From Tubiluchus corallicola (lineage: Eukaryota; Animalia; Priapulida): DNA of 64,000 nucleotides. How positions within the stretch are numbered: position 1 is the first letter of the stretch; each line of letters opens with the position of its first letter. The notes beneath the pieces are model-generated. The model was not told where the DNA came from, ran no database searches, and saw nothing but the letters and a program-made list of their open reading frames with translations. This document shows positions 13,748 to 25,530 of the stretch, in pieces. The position numbers were made by a program, and so were the translations under genes. The DNA is taken from the NCBI GenBank assembly GCA_030141605.1, contig JAQGDQ010000101.1, positions 315,017 to 379,016 of the forward strand, read 5' to 3'.

Positions 13748-14139
13748 TGTGACGGGAACACAAAGAATTTCCTTCATGGCATAGTGTGTCTCAGAAATCT
13801 TTATTTCTGTATATACAAAAAATGAAAATAATAAATTTGACAGCTTCTCACTGCATACAAATGTATAATAAATTGATTATTATAATTTAAGATATTAAAT
13901 TAAATGTTACTTACATCGTGCGGCTATAAAACTTAATAGATTCTTGAAACGTTGTACAGGTTAACGGCAAATCAGGTAGAGACACTATACTTAAACATTA
14001 TCAAACATTACTTAACATTTGCCGAGCCTTGTGTCAGCGTGTTTAGCGAGGCACCCAATTTACCACTTCACAGGTAAAAATCAGGTAAGTTCCATAGGTG
14101 CTGCCACCTACATGTTAAGGCCAGAAACTGACCTTAACA
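13748..14139 (-). mobile_element. BEL/Pao 3' LTR (392 bp)
   Basis: TGTGACGG...CCTTAACA termini. Polypurine tract (minus strand aaagggggtg) at 14140-14149. 5-bp TSD ATAAA at 13743-13747. Confidence 0.9.
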
Positions 14140-14192
14140 CACCCCCTTTAAATGGGACTTGAGTGCCATTTCCCACTAAAAGAATAACAAAA

Positions 14193-16109
14193 TTAATCTG
14201 CTTTTTCAATTAAACATAATTTGTGTATAGGTCGGGTTAGAAGCGTATTTTTGGTCTTTATGGTTGCAGAGCGGACGCATCCATCATCACTTGTCTTGAC
14301 ATCTGTAATTCGCCCAAGTATCCACTGGCTTCGTTGGACATTATCGCTTACCAAAACTATGTCTCCCACTTTCAGATTTTCTTTGCTTCGTAACCATTTT
14401 GTTCGCAGTTGTAACGTTGGCAAGTATTCACGATACCATCTTGTCCAGAATAAGTCTGCCATGTACTGGACTTGGCGCCACTTCTTTTTGTATTGGTCCT
14501 TTACTTCGAAGTTGCCAGGCGGCAGTGCGGGATTTGGTCGAAGCAGCAACAAATGGTTTGGTGTCAGAGCTTCTAAGTCATTTGGATCTTCTGAAACAAT
14601 GGTAAGGGGCCGGCTATTTAAAATGGCCTCTACTAGACAGAATAGTGTACTAAGTCTTTCGTCATCCAGTGTTTGCTGTTCCAAGATACTGACTAAAACT
14701 TTCCTTACACTTCTAATCATGCGCTCAAAGAAGCCACCAAAATGGCTAGCTGAAGCAGGGTTGAAGATCCATTCTATATTTTTCTGACATAGAGTGCTTT
14801 GAATTTGACTTTGGTTCCATTCGGTTATAGAATTCTGAAGCTCCTTTTGGGCGCCAACAAAATTTGTACCTTGATCAGACCTGATTAGTCTTGGTGGACC
14901 TCTTCGGCTTAGGAAACGTTGCAGTGCTTGAATGAAAGAGCTGGTTTCGAGGGTGTGTAGAATCTCTAGGTGAACTGCTCTAGTGGTGGTGCAAGTAAAA
15001 ATGCAGCCATATCGCTTAGCTTTTGCACGCCCTCTGACAACATAAAAGGTTCCGAAGCAGTCTACACCTACACATTCGAAAGCGTGAGTTCCTTCTACAC
15101 GATCAGCTGGCAAATCTGCCATTTTCTGGCTCTCCAGGGGTGCATAGAGACGACGGCACTTACGACAATCTTTTAATAGTTTCTTTGTAAGTGTCCGTCC
15201 TCGAATAATCCAGTAAGCAGAGCGAACTAACGAGAGCACATGTTCTCTTCCAATGTGACCATTGGCTTCATGGTAATGACGGATTATTAAGGTTGAAACA
15301 TGATGCTCTTTAGGAAGTACTGCAGGATGTTTGGCAGCTTCAGGTAGCACTGCATTTCTAAGTCGCCCTCCAACAACAATGAGGTTGTCCTTGGACAGGA
15401 CAGGATTTAACTTTGCTATCTTGCTCGATTTGGAGACAGCTTGTCCTGCAGATAAGGTTTTGTATTCCTGAGTAAAGTGTTGGAGTTGGATATAGCCGAG
15501 AATCGCCTTTTCCGCTTGCTCCAACTCTGAAACAGAAATCTCTGTATTATAGCATTGAGAGGATGGGATCTTCGCGATTTTGTTCTTCAAAATGGCTTTC
15601 ACTCGCAAAAACCACGTGACTGTTTTTTTAAGTTTGTAGAAGCTACTATAATATTCCATAAGCTTGTCAGTAGCTTCTGACTTCGAAGGGTTAGCTTCAC
15701 ACAATAAGACTTTAACACTTTGCTTTATCTCATTGTCGTGACTATCCACTGTGGGCAGAACTGTTTGAACTGGCCATTCTGGTTCAGGTTTGTATAGAAA
15801 TTCTGGGCCATGCAGCCATCTGACATTCGTGATTAAATCTCTTGCGGACAAACCTCGCGATGCATCATTTGCTGGATTTTCATCTCCAGAGACATGCCTC
15901 CATTGGCTGGGAACTGTTAAGCCGTGTATGGTAGCTAACCGGTTAGCCACAAAGGTTTTGTACCTGGCCCTTTCATTGTTGATATAGCCAAGAACAATTG
16001 TGCTGTCAACCCAAAATGTAGAAGTACCTATAGGAATGCTTAATTCCTTCCGTACCATGGAATCAACTTTTGCTGCAAGCACAGCAGCTGACAGTTCGAG
16101 GCGTGGCAA
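14193..16109 (-). CDS. BEL/Pao pol, RNase H C-terminal part plus integrase
   Basis: PRLELSAA, WVDSTIVL, NPANDASRG, HH-CC zinc finger (HYHEANGH..CRKC), DDE core (GVDCFG, RSDQGTNF, GGFFERMI). Separated from the upstream ORF by a 1-nt frameshift at ~16121-16128. Confidence 0.95.
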   Translation of the reverse strand: MPRLELSAAVLAAKVDSMVRKELSIPIGTSTFWVDSTIVLGYINNERARYKTFVANRLATIHGLTVPSQWRHVSGDENPANDASRGLSARDLITNVRWLHGPEFLYKPEPEWPVQTVLPTVDSHDNEIKQSVKVLLCEANPSKSEATDKLMEYYSSFYKLKKTVTWFLRVKAILKNKIAKIPSSQCYNTEISVSELEQAEKAILGYIQLQHFTQEYKTLSAGQAVSKSSKIAKLNPVLSKDNLIVVGGRLRNAVLPEAAKHPAVLPKEHHVSTLIIRHYHEANGHIGREHVLSLVRSAYWIIRGRTLTKKLLKDCRKCRRLYAPLESQKMADLPADRVEGTHAFECVGVDCFGTFYVVRGRAKAKRYGCIFTCTTTRAVHLEILHTLETSSFIQALQRFLSRRGPPRLIRSDQGTNFVGAQKELQNSITEWNQSQIQSTLCQKNIEWIFNPASASHFGGFFERMIRSVRKVLVSILEQQTLDDERLSTLFCLVEAILNSRPLTIVSEDPNDLEALTPNHLLLLRPNPALPPGNFEVKDQYKKKWRQVQYMADLFWTRWYREYLPTLQLRTKWLRSKENLKVGDIVLVSDNVQRSQWILGRITDVKTSDDGCVRSATIKTKNTLLTRPIHKLCLIEKAD

Positions 16110-18436
16110 AGTGACTTTCTTAAGGGGGTCAGTCTTGTTTTACTCATTACAAATGTACAGACGATATCTCCTGAAGCATTTGCTGATCTAAGATATGATA
16201 CAGTTCCAAGGGCTCTTTCGGATGCATCCGGGAAATGATGAAGCTGGTATGAAACAGCGTCAAAGTTTGGTTTTGTAAAACACCGACTCAGGTGCACATC
16301 TTTGATTAGGTCAAGTTCTTCTAACCATCTTTTCCATTGTTGTTTCACATGATCCTCCAAAGGTTCATCCCAGGATTTCTTCAATCGTGTTTCTTCCTGA
16401 AATAGTAACTTCGCTTGCAGGACATAGGGACTTATTATTCCCATAGGATCATATGATGAAGCTATTACACTCAAAAGACCACGGCGTGTCATCGGTTTTT
16501 CTTTTTTCCTAACAAGAATACTAAAATGGTCTGCTTCCATGTTCCATGCAATGCCAAGAACCCGATCAACAGGCAAGGATGAGTTATCTAAATCAATATC
16601 CTTCACTGATTTCCCTCTTTCTTCTGCAGGGATAGAGTTGAGAACTTCTCGGTCATTGCTGCACCATTTTGTTAAATGGAAGCCACCATGGTGAAGTAGA
16701 CTGGTAAGGTCTTCTATCATTGCAATACCTTCCTGAGTTGTTGAAAGAGACTTAAGAAGATCGTCTACATAGAAATTGCTTATAACTGTTTGTTCCACGG
16801 TGCTGTTGTACAAAGCTCTGTTGTCCATGGCTGTTTTCTGGAGTGCATATGATGCAATACTTGGGCACCATATTCCGCCAAAAATATGGACTGTCATCCT
16901 GTATATTTTAGGTTTTAGTTCTATATTGCCTCCAGGCCACCAAAGGAAACGGAGTACATCTCTGTCAGCAGGAGTGACTCTCACCTGGTAAAACATACTC
17001 TGGATGTCAGCAGCAATTGCTATTTTACCTTCTCTAAATCTGAGCAGGACGCCAAGGAGCTTGTTGGTTAGATCAGGTCCTTGCATTACAATTTTGTTTA
17101 ATGTTGTTCCAGCAAAGCTCACAGCGCAATCAAATACTACTCTTGTTTTCTCTGGCTTGCTCTCACTTTTAACATTAAAGTGTGGCAAATACCACACCTT
17201 GCCATCAGTGGTTGCAGCTTCCTCATTTACGGGTTCAGCATATCCTTTTTCGAGCAAGTCACTAATCTCTTTAGAGTATTTGTTGTGAAGGACCTCATCT
17301 TGTTTAAACTTCTTCTTCAAACCTTCAAGTCTCTTCTCTGCTACAGCTTTATTATTTGGCAAATCGGGAGATTCGCTTCTAAATGGGATATCCATCATAT
17401 AGTGGTGGTCTTCAGTCAGTGTTGCGGATCTTTCCCAGATGTTAACAGTTCTTACATCTTCGACAGAAGGTTTATGGCTGTTATTTTCACAAGATTCTAG
17501 CTGCCAGAATCGCTCTACTTGTTGCTCCAGTGTTACAGGCTGCAAAATGCTAAGGTTACAACTGATATGCTCGGCTTCAGTTGGTCCAAGTGGTCCATTT
17601 AGGGTCCAACCCAAGACACTGAGCGATGCCCAAGGAGCATGTTTAGGTCCTTTTCTTATTTCAATTGGAGCAAGAGCTTCAGGCACATCTTGCCCTATGA
17701 GAAGGCCAAGTTCCAGAGACTGAGATCTGTCCTGGGCAATATAGAAGTCAATGCCTTGTAAGTGTGGCCAAGAGCTCAAGTTCTCATAAACAGGTAAATG
17801 CTCCATCTCTAACATAAGGGATGGTCTTGTAAAGACAAGAGGGAGATCTATGGTGACATTGTAGTTTGGATCAGACACTTGTAGTTTAGTGACTTTACTC
17901 TTCTTCTGGCTCTGTTTAGCATCAAGCGTTGTCAAAATTAATGTTTCTTCTCTGCCCTGAGCACCTAACTTTTCATATATTTGGCTAGAGCAGAATGCAT
18001 TTGTCGAACCAGGGTCAAGAAGTGCTAGTGTCTTTAATGGTTTACCACCTGGTATGTTAACAAATACTGGCAAGATAGGCAAAGCTACATTGCACTTAGA
18101 AGGCTCATGCGTCTTCTTTATGTAACCACTTTGGCAATTGTGCTCGCTATCTTCTTCTTTTAGTTTCTCGTTATCTTCTTCATTATTCTTCTTTTCTTTT
18201 TCTTCTCCACTATACGGCCTGCTGTTGGGTTTGTGTGTAGCAGCAGCAGTGCTAATATTTCCTCGCATATTCTGAGCATGCAAGAAAGTGGAATGTTTTC
18301 TCTTGCAAACGTCACAGCGATTGGCTGACCTACATGATGCACTACTGTGGTTAGGCTTCAGGCAATTAAAACATGTTTGTGTTGCTTGGCTACCTCTAGC
18401 CTTCCAGGTACAGTTAGCCTCTTGAACTTGAAGCAT
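16040..18436 (-). CDS. BEL/Pao gag knuckles, aspartic protease, RT and RNase H N-terminus
   Basis: CFNCLKPNH..C..CDVCKRKHSTFLH, ALLDPGS protease, WYLPHF, RVVFDCA, ADIQSMFYQV, FYVDDLL, LHHFPDASERALG. Confidence 0.95.
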   Translation of the reverse strand: MLQVQEANCTWKARGSQATQTCFNCLKPNHSSASCRSANRCDVCKRKHSTFLHAQNMRGNISTAAATHKPNSRPYSGEEKEKKNNEEDNEKLKEEDSEHNCQSGYIKKTHEPSKCNVALPILPVFVNIPGGKPLKTLALLDPGSTNAFCSSQIYEKLGAQGREETLILTTLDAKQSQKKSKVTKLQVSDPNYNVTIDLPLVFTRPSLMLEMEHLPVYENLSSWPHLQGIDFYIAQDRSQSLELGLLIGQDVPEALAPIEIRKGPKHAPWASLSVLGWTLNGPLGPTEAEHISCNLSILQPVTLEQQVERFWQLESCENNSHKPSVEDVRTVNIWERSATLTEDHHYMMDIPFRSESPDLPNNKAVAEKRLEGLKKKFKQDEVLHNKYSKEISDLLEKGYAEPVNEEAATTDGKVWYLPHFNVKSESKPEKTRVVFDCAVSFAGTTLNKIVMQGPDLTNKLLGVLLRFREGKIAIAADIQSMFYQVRVTPADRDVLRFLWWPGGNIELKPKIYRMTVHIFGGIWCPSIASYALQKTAMDNRALYNSTVEQTVISNFYVDDLLKSLSTTQEGIAMIEDLTSLLHHGGFHLTKWCSNDREVLNSIPAEERGKSVKDIDLDNSSLPVDRVLGIAWNMEADHFSILVRKKEKPMTRRGLLSVIASSYDPMGIISPYVLQAKLLFQEETRLKKSWDEPLEDHVKQQWKRWLEELDLIKDVHLSRCFTKPNFDAVSYQLHHFPDASERALGTVSYLRSANASGDIVCTFVMSKTRLTPLRKSLCHASNCQLLCLQQKLIPWYGRN

Positions 18437-18622
18437 TTCTGAAGCCGATGTGCTTCAGAACACAGGGTACATGAAAGTGAAGTCTTCTCTTCAGATTTGT
18501 CAGGTTCACGTGTATGTGAACTAGCAAATGTTCCAGAACTAGCAAAAATGTTTACAGAATTAGACTTTGGTTTAGGCTTATAGGTGTCCCTCCTCTCGGA
18601 TGGTTTCCTATGAAACGTGGGA
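18358..18622 (-). CDS. BEL/Pao gag fragment (first knuckle), 5'-truncated
   Basis: CTLCSEAHRLQKCFKF; 1-nt frameshift near 18374 into CFNCL. Upstream gag is replaced by an inverted LTR fragment. Confidence 0.8.
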
Positions 18623-18623
18623 T

Positions 18624-18696
18624 CATTTTTTGTATATACAGAAATAAAGATTCTGTATGCCATGAAGGAAATTCTTTGTGTTCCCGTCACATTTAT
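18624..18696 (+). mobile_element. Inverted fragment of the BEL LTR end, including the ATAAA TSD
   Basis: The reverse complement reads ataaatgtgacgggaacacaaagaatttccttcatggcata[del]cagaatctttatttctgtatatacaaaaaatg, matching 13743-13824 with a small deletion. Confidence 0.9.
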
Positions 18697-19227
18697 TTAT
18701 CAAGGCTATATTGGAGATAATTCAACGTCAGCCATAACCACCTGAGGTTTCATGCCATCGAGCCGCCCAAGTTGATCAAGGTCAGGAAGCCTACAGCACA
18801 GGTGTATAACTGCATGCCGGAAGTAGGACAGGAAATGCGTCTACGCTTCTCAGGCCTGTATTATGTGAATTGCCTATTGCCAAGACTTTTAAGAACTGTA
18901 TCAGTATGGTGAACTGACCTGAAATACTAACCTACTGCATAAAATTATTGCGTTAATTTTGCGCATAAAGTTATTAAGCCATTAAGACTTGTAAGATTCG
19001 CTTGGGCTGTTTAGTACTGAAGTATTGAAGTATTTAATAGTATTGAAGTTTTGAAATATTCACAGCCATACCAATTAAGATTACATTTTATTTTCGACTT
19101 GGTATTATTTCCACATGTTAGTGTAGAGAATAACGTGAATTTCTACACTGTCAGATAATGCTTTGATTTGTTGTACAGTTTACCTAATTGCCTAAATACG
19201 AGTATTTGACAGCTTCTCACTGCACCT

Positions 19228-20901
19228 TAGGAATGAGATCACCAGATGAATACATGCAAAAAACTGGCACAACCGCGAGATGCTAGATTGTATGTAAGAA
19301 ACCAGTACAAACTCAAATTGTATGACTAGTCAATCTGACAAGGTTGTAATATATTGCCGACAACGAATGGCCGAAAAAAAATCAAAATTATTCAAATTTG
19401 AAAGGCCGAAACAAACATTGAGCAAAAAAGAAAATACTGGCAACAGTATTGTTTACTATAGAAATCAATGAATTAACAAAAGAACCACAGTTATATAATA
19501 TCACGCATTCGCATTTAAGAGAAAGAGTTAAAAGATTATTCATCGCTAATCGAGATTGTTTCACGATAAGAGGCTGACTTAATTGGTACAACATAGGCAG
19601 AATTTAAAATACGTCTCACGGGTGATTGTTGTGCATACCATGTGCCGATACACTTGGAAAAAGTTGTGGGTGAGACAATTGATTCACTTTTAGAAGCTGG
19701 TATTATAAGTCCATTTGACGTACGGTACAGTTGCCCCGCACTATTAATCTTTTGCAACGTTGGATGATGGCATTGTCTGAATCTGACTTTCCTTTGCACT
19801 ACATACCTGGACGATAAAACGTAGTGGCAGGTGGATTAACGGCAATGAACCCGGTACCGGAAACTCCATCGACTGTACCAACTTTTCAAGAGTATCAGAG
19901 ATAATTTGATCTACTGAATACCACTGGAAAGATACAGAAACACCTGGAAAAGGCGAACCAAGTCTACTAATACAAAGCAAACGACGCAAGAAATGCAAGA
20001 ATACATAAGTGACGAAGACACAGGCCAAGAAAGCCTGCGTTTTGATCAAAATGAACCTGAATTAATGACAGAAAGAAAGACTGTAATACCTTGGGACCTA
20101 CAGCAAGAAGAAATTTAGAGACACACCAGATGTCTTAGATGCACTGGATCAGGCACAGTCAAATAATACTTATCGTTAGGGGGCGAACAGTTAAATGAAC
20201 AAATGCAGACTAATGCACAAGAATAACATCTACGAGCAAATCTCAACCTCGTATTAAAATGGCAAGCTGGGGATGAACATTTAGCTCAAATTACCCATAA
20301 TCTTGCCTAGCCTGTCAACACTAAACAACAAAATCAAGATATAGAAAAATTCTTTAAAGCAGAAGACAATTTGCTATATAACATTGCTAAAAAATTGTGC
20401 TATTAAAATTTGGTTGTAGATACCAACAATGTTAAATATTAAACGAAAGGGTGCCATTATGATATTCATGTCTTTATTATTACGGTGTGGTTCGAGCCGT
20501 AATAATAAATGTGACGGGAACACAAAGAATTTCCTTCATGGCATAGTGTGTCTCAGAAATCTTTATTTCTGTATATACAAAAAATGAAAATAATAAATTT
20601 GACAGCTTCTCACTGCATACAAATGTATAATAAATTGATTATTATAATTTAAGATATTAAATTAAATGTTACTTACATCGTGCGGCTATAAAACTTAATA
20701 GATTCTTGAAACGTCGTACAGGTTAACGGCAAATCAGGTAGAGACACTATACTTAAACATTATCAAACATTACTTAACATTTGCCGAGCCTTGTGTCAGC
20801 GTGTTTAGCGAGGCACCCAATTTACCACTTCACAGGTAAAAATCAGGTAAGTTCCATAGGTGCTGCCACCTACATGTTAAGGCCAGAAACTGACCTTAAC
20901 A
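19228..20901. repeat. 1.67-kb direct duplication, copy 2
   Basis: Matches 12466-14139. Confidence 0.95.
20510..20901 (-). mobile_element. BEL/Pao LTR (392 bp) in solo-LTR configuration
   Basis: ATAAA TSD on both sides (20505-20509 and 20902-20906). One substitution seen versus 13748-14139. Confidence 0.9.
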
Positions 20902-20954
20902 ATAAAGACATGAATATCATATAATTCTTATATCAGGTTAGTGTTGGAGTATTA

Positions 20955-23900
20955 TTTTGGCCCTGTTTTTACATCTATGGCTGAGATTTTTATACTTTAC
21001 GTGCTCGTCGTCGATGTTTGAATTTACTGTTTCGGCATTTAAACTTCTTTAAGTTCATATCCGCCTACGTTTCCCGAACTTGTCTACGTGGCGATCGAGA
21101 GGCGAGTGCGTATGGTACGATTTTTTCACCGTCTGGCTAATTATCGATGCAATTATTATATTTCGTAAAACATGTTAATTGTCGATTTAACGACAAGTAT
21201 TTAGTAAACAAATAAAGAATGTAAATTAAAATTTTATATCAAACTTTATCGTTTCCTTAGCCAAGTGTAGATTACTCATTTTTACTCGCTAAACGTGACG
21301 CCACACCCGTATAGTGAGAATTACATACGTCAAGAGAGTATAGCGAAAAAATCTGAACTTCGTACTACCCAAGGTCAAAGTCAAAGTCAAAGTCAGTCCA
21401 ATAAAACACCAAGTGCAAGCAATGCCTGTACTAGTAATGATGAAGCATATGTTTACACTGTCGACAAGAAGACAAAAATTAATAACGATTTGCAGACTTG
21501 TACTGTACAGTTATACTGTCATTTTGTTAAACTAGTGGGTCAATATAAGTGAAAAAAAGCCCTAACCCAAAAAATGCAAGAACGTGTTTTTTTGATGTTT
21601 GCTTTTAGTATTTGGTCTAGAGAATAACATATCCAAATTAGGCTGAAATTTCGTCTCTGCAAAGGGCCTAACTATGACGTCAAAAAGATACCACCATTTG
21701 ACAATTAAGGTCATTAAGCTCATTAAGGTGATTAATTTTGATTATGGAATAAATCCAAATTGGTCCAATATGGTTGCAATTTTCAAGATGACAGACAGTA
21801 TGGCTGTCGTTAGATTTTACGGGCTATGTCATAGCTATCAGAGCATACATATCAGAGTATATTGACCTTGGTGTCTAAATATAGGTTTTCAAGGTCAAGG
21901 AATCCATATCTGATGCTTAACTGCCCCTATAATATCACCCCATTTCAAGATGGCTGCAAATGTTCCACAAAACGAGGGAATTACTTATTTTGCTTAAAAG
22001 GTATGAAACTTTGCACAATGCTAAAATCCATCTGGTTGATAAATTTCGGATATGAAGACAATCAAAAATTATCCAATGTGGCCACAGAATTCAAGATGGC
22101 CAACAAGATGGCTGTTGCCAACTCATATGATCCATACCTTTTAGGAATTATGAACAAAGTTTACCTATTTTGTCAACTAACATACACGTACTGTCCAAGG
22201 TTAAGTTTGAATACAGGTATGGTTTCTCGAATGAATATTGCATGCCCAGTATTATATAATGCATTAGGTACACTAATATACTCTGCTTAATGTCTGAAAC
22301 AGATAAATATCTTAGGTACACAGCTGTTCATTAAATTGCAAATGCTGTGACCCCCCCCCGACAAGAATCAATTCTGTCAGCATTTACTAATTGGGTCCAG
22401 ATTTCAGATTTTGTCAGGAGCGGAAAAGATAGCCTGTTCCATATGGTAAGTATCAAAGAGGTAACAGAAGACTTACCACATGTTTGTGTATGCACATTTT
22501 GTTCCACTCTAACATGGCAAAGCTAACGCATGCATCACATTGACAGTTGACAAAGCACATGGAGACTTGTCCACGAGAAAAATGCGTCATTTGATGCAAT
22601 GTACCGAACAAGTTGCGGATCAAACAGAGCTGTGCGAGCAGGCACTGAATCCTGCCCTGATGTTTACTATAACCGTTTAACTCAAGATGGAAAAGTTTTA
22701 CTAAACTAACAAGGAAATCACACTGGATTTTGTATTTTGAAGCCTTAAACGAGTGTCAGCTACTTATTAAACGTTGTTATACGCACAACGGTGCTGTGGC
22801 TGATGTAAATGTGTCCAAACAAGCACTTTTGCTTTGCGCAAACTTTCGTAGTTTTAAGACTAAGTAAAGTAAAGTTATATATTTTTACGGCGATTTTTCC
22901 GCAACCTACTGCTGGTACCCCTTTTCTTGTCCTTCACTGATATTATATCAAACATGTTTGAACTGTTCAAACTTTCATAACATTGGTAACATCTTTCATA
23001 ACATTGTCATGTTTGTAGCTAAAACCGATTATCATTTTTTACAGATACGAGTAATGCCTTACTTGTAGCAAAGTCTGTGAGTAATAAAGTGCATAACTGC
23101 ATAGTCGTATGCAGAGCTTTGAGACTTTCTTTTATTGCTTTAAAATATTGAGCTCAAGACGGTATATACTCCGGCAATACATTTTAGCAATACGTTTAAC
23201 ACTAAAAAGGCTTCACTTAGAGTCCCTAATGTCTTTGCATTATGAAAGTGAAAAACTCTCAATAGAGTTTTAGTCTCCGCGTTTAGGCTTAAATTTAGCT
23301 GCTTGTAAGATGTAAGACAGGAATGTAAAAAAAAAATTGTTAAATCGAATTACAAAAACAGGTAAAAAACTTACTATTTAACGAAAGAGATTTGCAAGGA
23401 CCGCGTGGCAAACGACTGGCTTGCATTAATGATTTCTTATAGAGATTGTAAATATGTAACTTTCTAAGACATGGACGAATTCATTTTACCAAAATTTATA
23501 GAAAAAGCCGCATGTCAAGCTGCACTTGATTCTCAGTACTGAATTTGTAAGCTTGTAGTTAACACGAATGTAATTACTGATCGTGCGAATCCTCATTTAG
23601 TCTAAAATTATTATCCATCAGCCATCATGTTCTGTCTCAAAGTGAAATTTGGCAGATCTTTCTTGAAGTTGTTTGGAGGGTTTAGGAGATATTACGTCGT
23701 GTTGAGCATTGTTGATCGTATGGAATTTTATAAAGTGATTTGTCTAATAATTGAAGATAGACTTTCTTTGTAAGGTAATGGGCCGAAATTATGTGATGAG
23801 TTTCTATGTTAGAGCTATCTGTCGAGCGATTATGGGTCTCACACGAGCGATTAGGGGAACAGGGCTATTACGTCAGATGGCCCAGAAAATTTGTGCCGAA

Positions 23901-25530
23901 GTTTTGGTTACAATAATATTAAAAATATCTGTCGCAACAATCTCAGTTATAATGATCAACTGAAGTAAAATTGTATTGCCGTGTAAATCCTTTAATACAA
24001 GAATAAACAAATCAAACAGTTTAAGTCATGGTCTTCATCACAGGACATGAAATATTGATAAAGATTCGTTGCTAAAACAAAATGTAACTTAATTCTGTGA
24101 ATTACGGTACATGAATCTGGAATTTTCTTAAAGAGAAACTGTACAATTGCCGCGCAGAGCCATTTGATGCAAAGTAACTAAAGGCAAAAACTGCTGAGTG
24201 CTGGGAGCAAAGAAGTGAGAAACAGTGTCAGCTGTTGGAATAAATGCCTTCGTCTACTTTGTGAAATTGATGGACACCTAGAGCTCTTGCTGTAAAATTT
24301 AATAAAAGTGACACAATTTTTTTTCCAACCTTTAGTTTTTTACATGTTTATGTAAAACATCTCTATCTTCGGGCAACTTTAAGGGAATCTTCTAAAATTT
24401 TAGTATTTATATAAATATCTGTAACATCGACCTTAGGAAATTTTTATAATGTCCTCATAAAAACTTTGGCACATGTTTTTACGCCGCTAGATGTGTCTTA
24501 TTTTGTAATTATAGGTTTTCTGTAATGTCATTCATGCTTGTATTTAGAGCATTTTAGTAAAATTTTCACCGAAGTAAATGATTTTAAAATAGACAATTTC
24601 CGTTGATCATTATTATTATTATTTATATAATGACTTCACACTAAGTGATAAAAAAATCAGTATGAAATAGTTATGAAATTGCGGCCATACTCTTTTCTCA
24701 ATTTGAGCATTTCTCAATTGCATATAAGCCACAATCACAGAATCTTGATCAGAATTTACTGAGAATCTTATCATAACTGAGAAACTATAAAGTTCGCATT
24801 AAAACCACATGCAAACACTCCCCAGCGCTATTTTACTCAGCCTAGCCTTATCAGGGAGACGTTATGGTCTTAATGAAAATGAGAAATTAAAGGACAACTC
24901 AACGTAAAAACAAAGCTTCTAATATATGAAACCATGATCTTACCCCACTTAACGTATGGCTGCCACCTACTCTCAAATATATCTCAAACTTTTTTAAACA
25001 GGCTAGAAGTGACCCAAAATTACGATTTAAAGCACGGCCTTGGTTTCGCAACAAGAGCAAAATATTCAGCCGCAGTGAACATTGAAAAACTAGAAATACC
25101 CACTGTAGAATCCAATCTCCATTTCCATTCACCAAAGAACACATAGCATAAAACAAATAAATACAAATAATAAATATGGACACAATTCAGCTTGCAAAAC
25201 GGCAATAAATTCATGGAATGCTTCTCCACTTAATGTAAAATATGCAGTGACTTTATATATATATACTATATTATATATAATATTATATAATATATAAAAT
25301 ATATTAGTCGGTGGCTTTGGCATTAGTTCGCTATGGCACATGACATTCGAAATAATTCAGTCTCATTGCTGTCAGTTCGAGACTTTTGTTTGCAGGAGTT
25401 ATGGCACCAGATAATCCAAATTTCAGTGCATAAAGCTAAGCACTATTAAGAACGAATGACAAATGGCCTCCCCAGGCTTTATCAACGTGTTCTACCTCAC
25501 AACTGAATGAATAAAGATGGCAAGCTCATA
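20955..25530 (+). repeat. Older, diverged segmental duplicate of the 3860-9880 region
   Basis: Collinear blocks: 3860-3955 with 20955-21050; 4270-4365 with 23740-23840; 4605-5345 with 23870-24605; 9200-9445 with 24630-24885; 9642-9880 with 25307-25530. Confidence 0.85.
24905..25250 (+). mobile_element. LINE (L2/Crack-like) relic inside the duplicate
   Basis: KLLIYETMILPHLTYGCHLLSNISQTFLNRLEVTQN...TQFSLQ..AINSWNA; absent from the 9.4-9.6 kb paralog. Confidence 0.65.

Larger units (their letters stand above)
12466..14139. repeat. 1.67-kb direct duplication, copy 1 (flank plus BEL LTR)
   Basis: Matches 19228-20901 at a constant offset of 6762; I counted about 6 substitutions by eye. Confidence 0.95.

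Noticed and set aside
14221-17723. Plus-strand ORFs overlapping the BEL pol
   Set aside because: Antisense shadows of a long coding frame.
21500-22330. ORFs 21674-21865 and 21862-22290
   Set aside because: Rich in caagatggc-type motifs typical of non-autonomous DNA transposon interiors. No protein motif, and I could not define the element ends.
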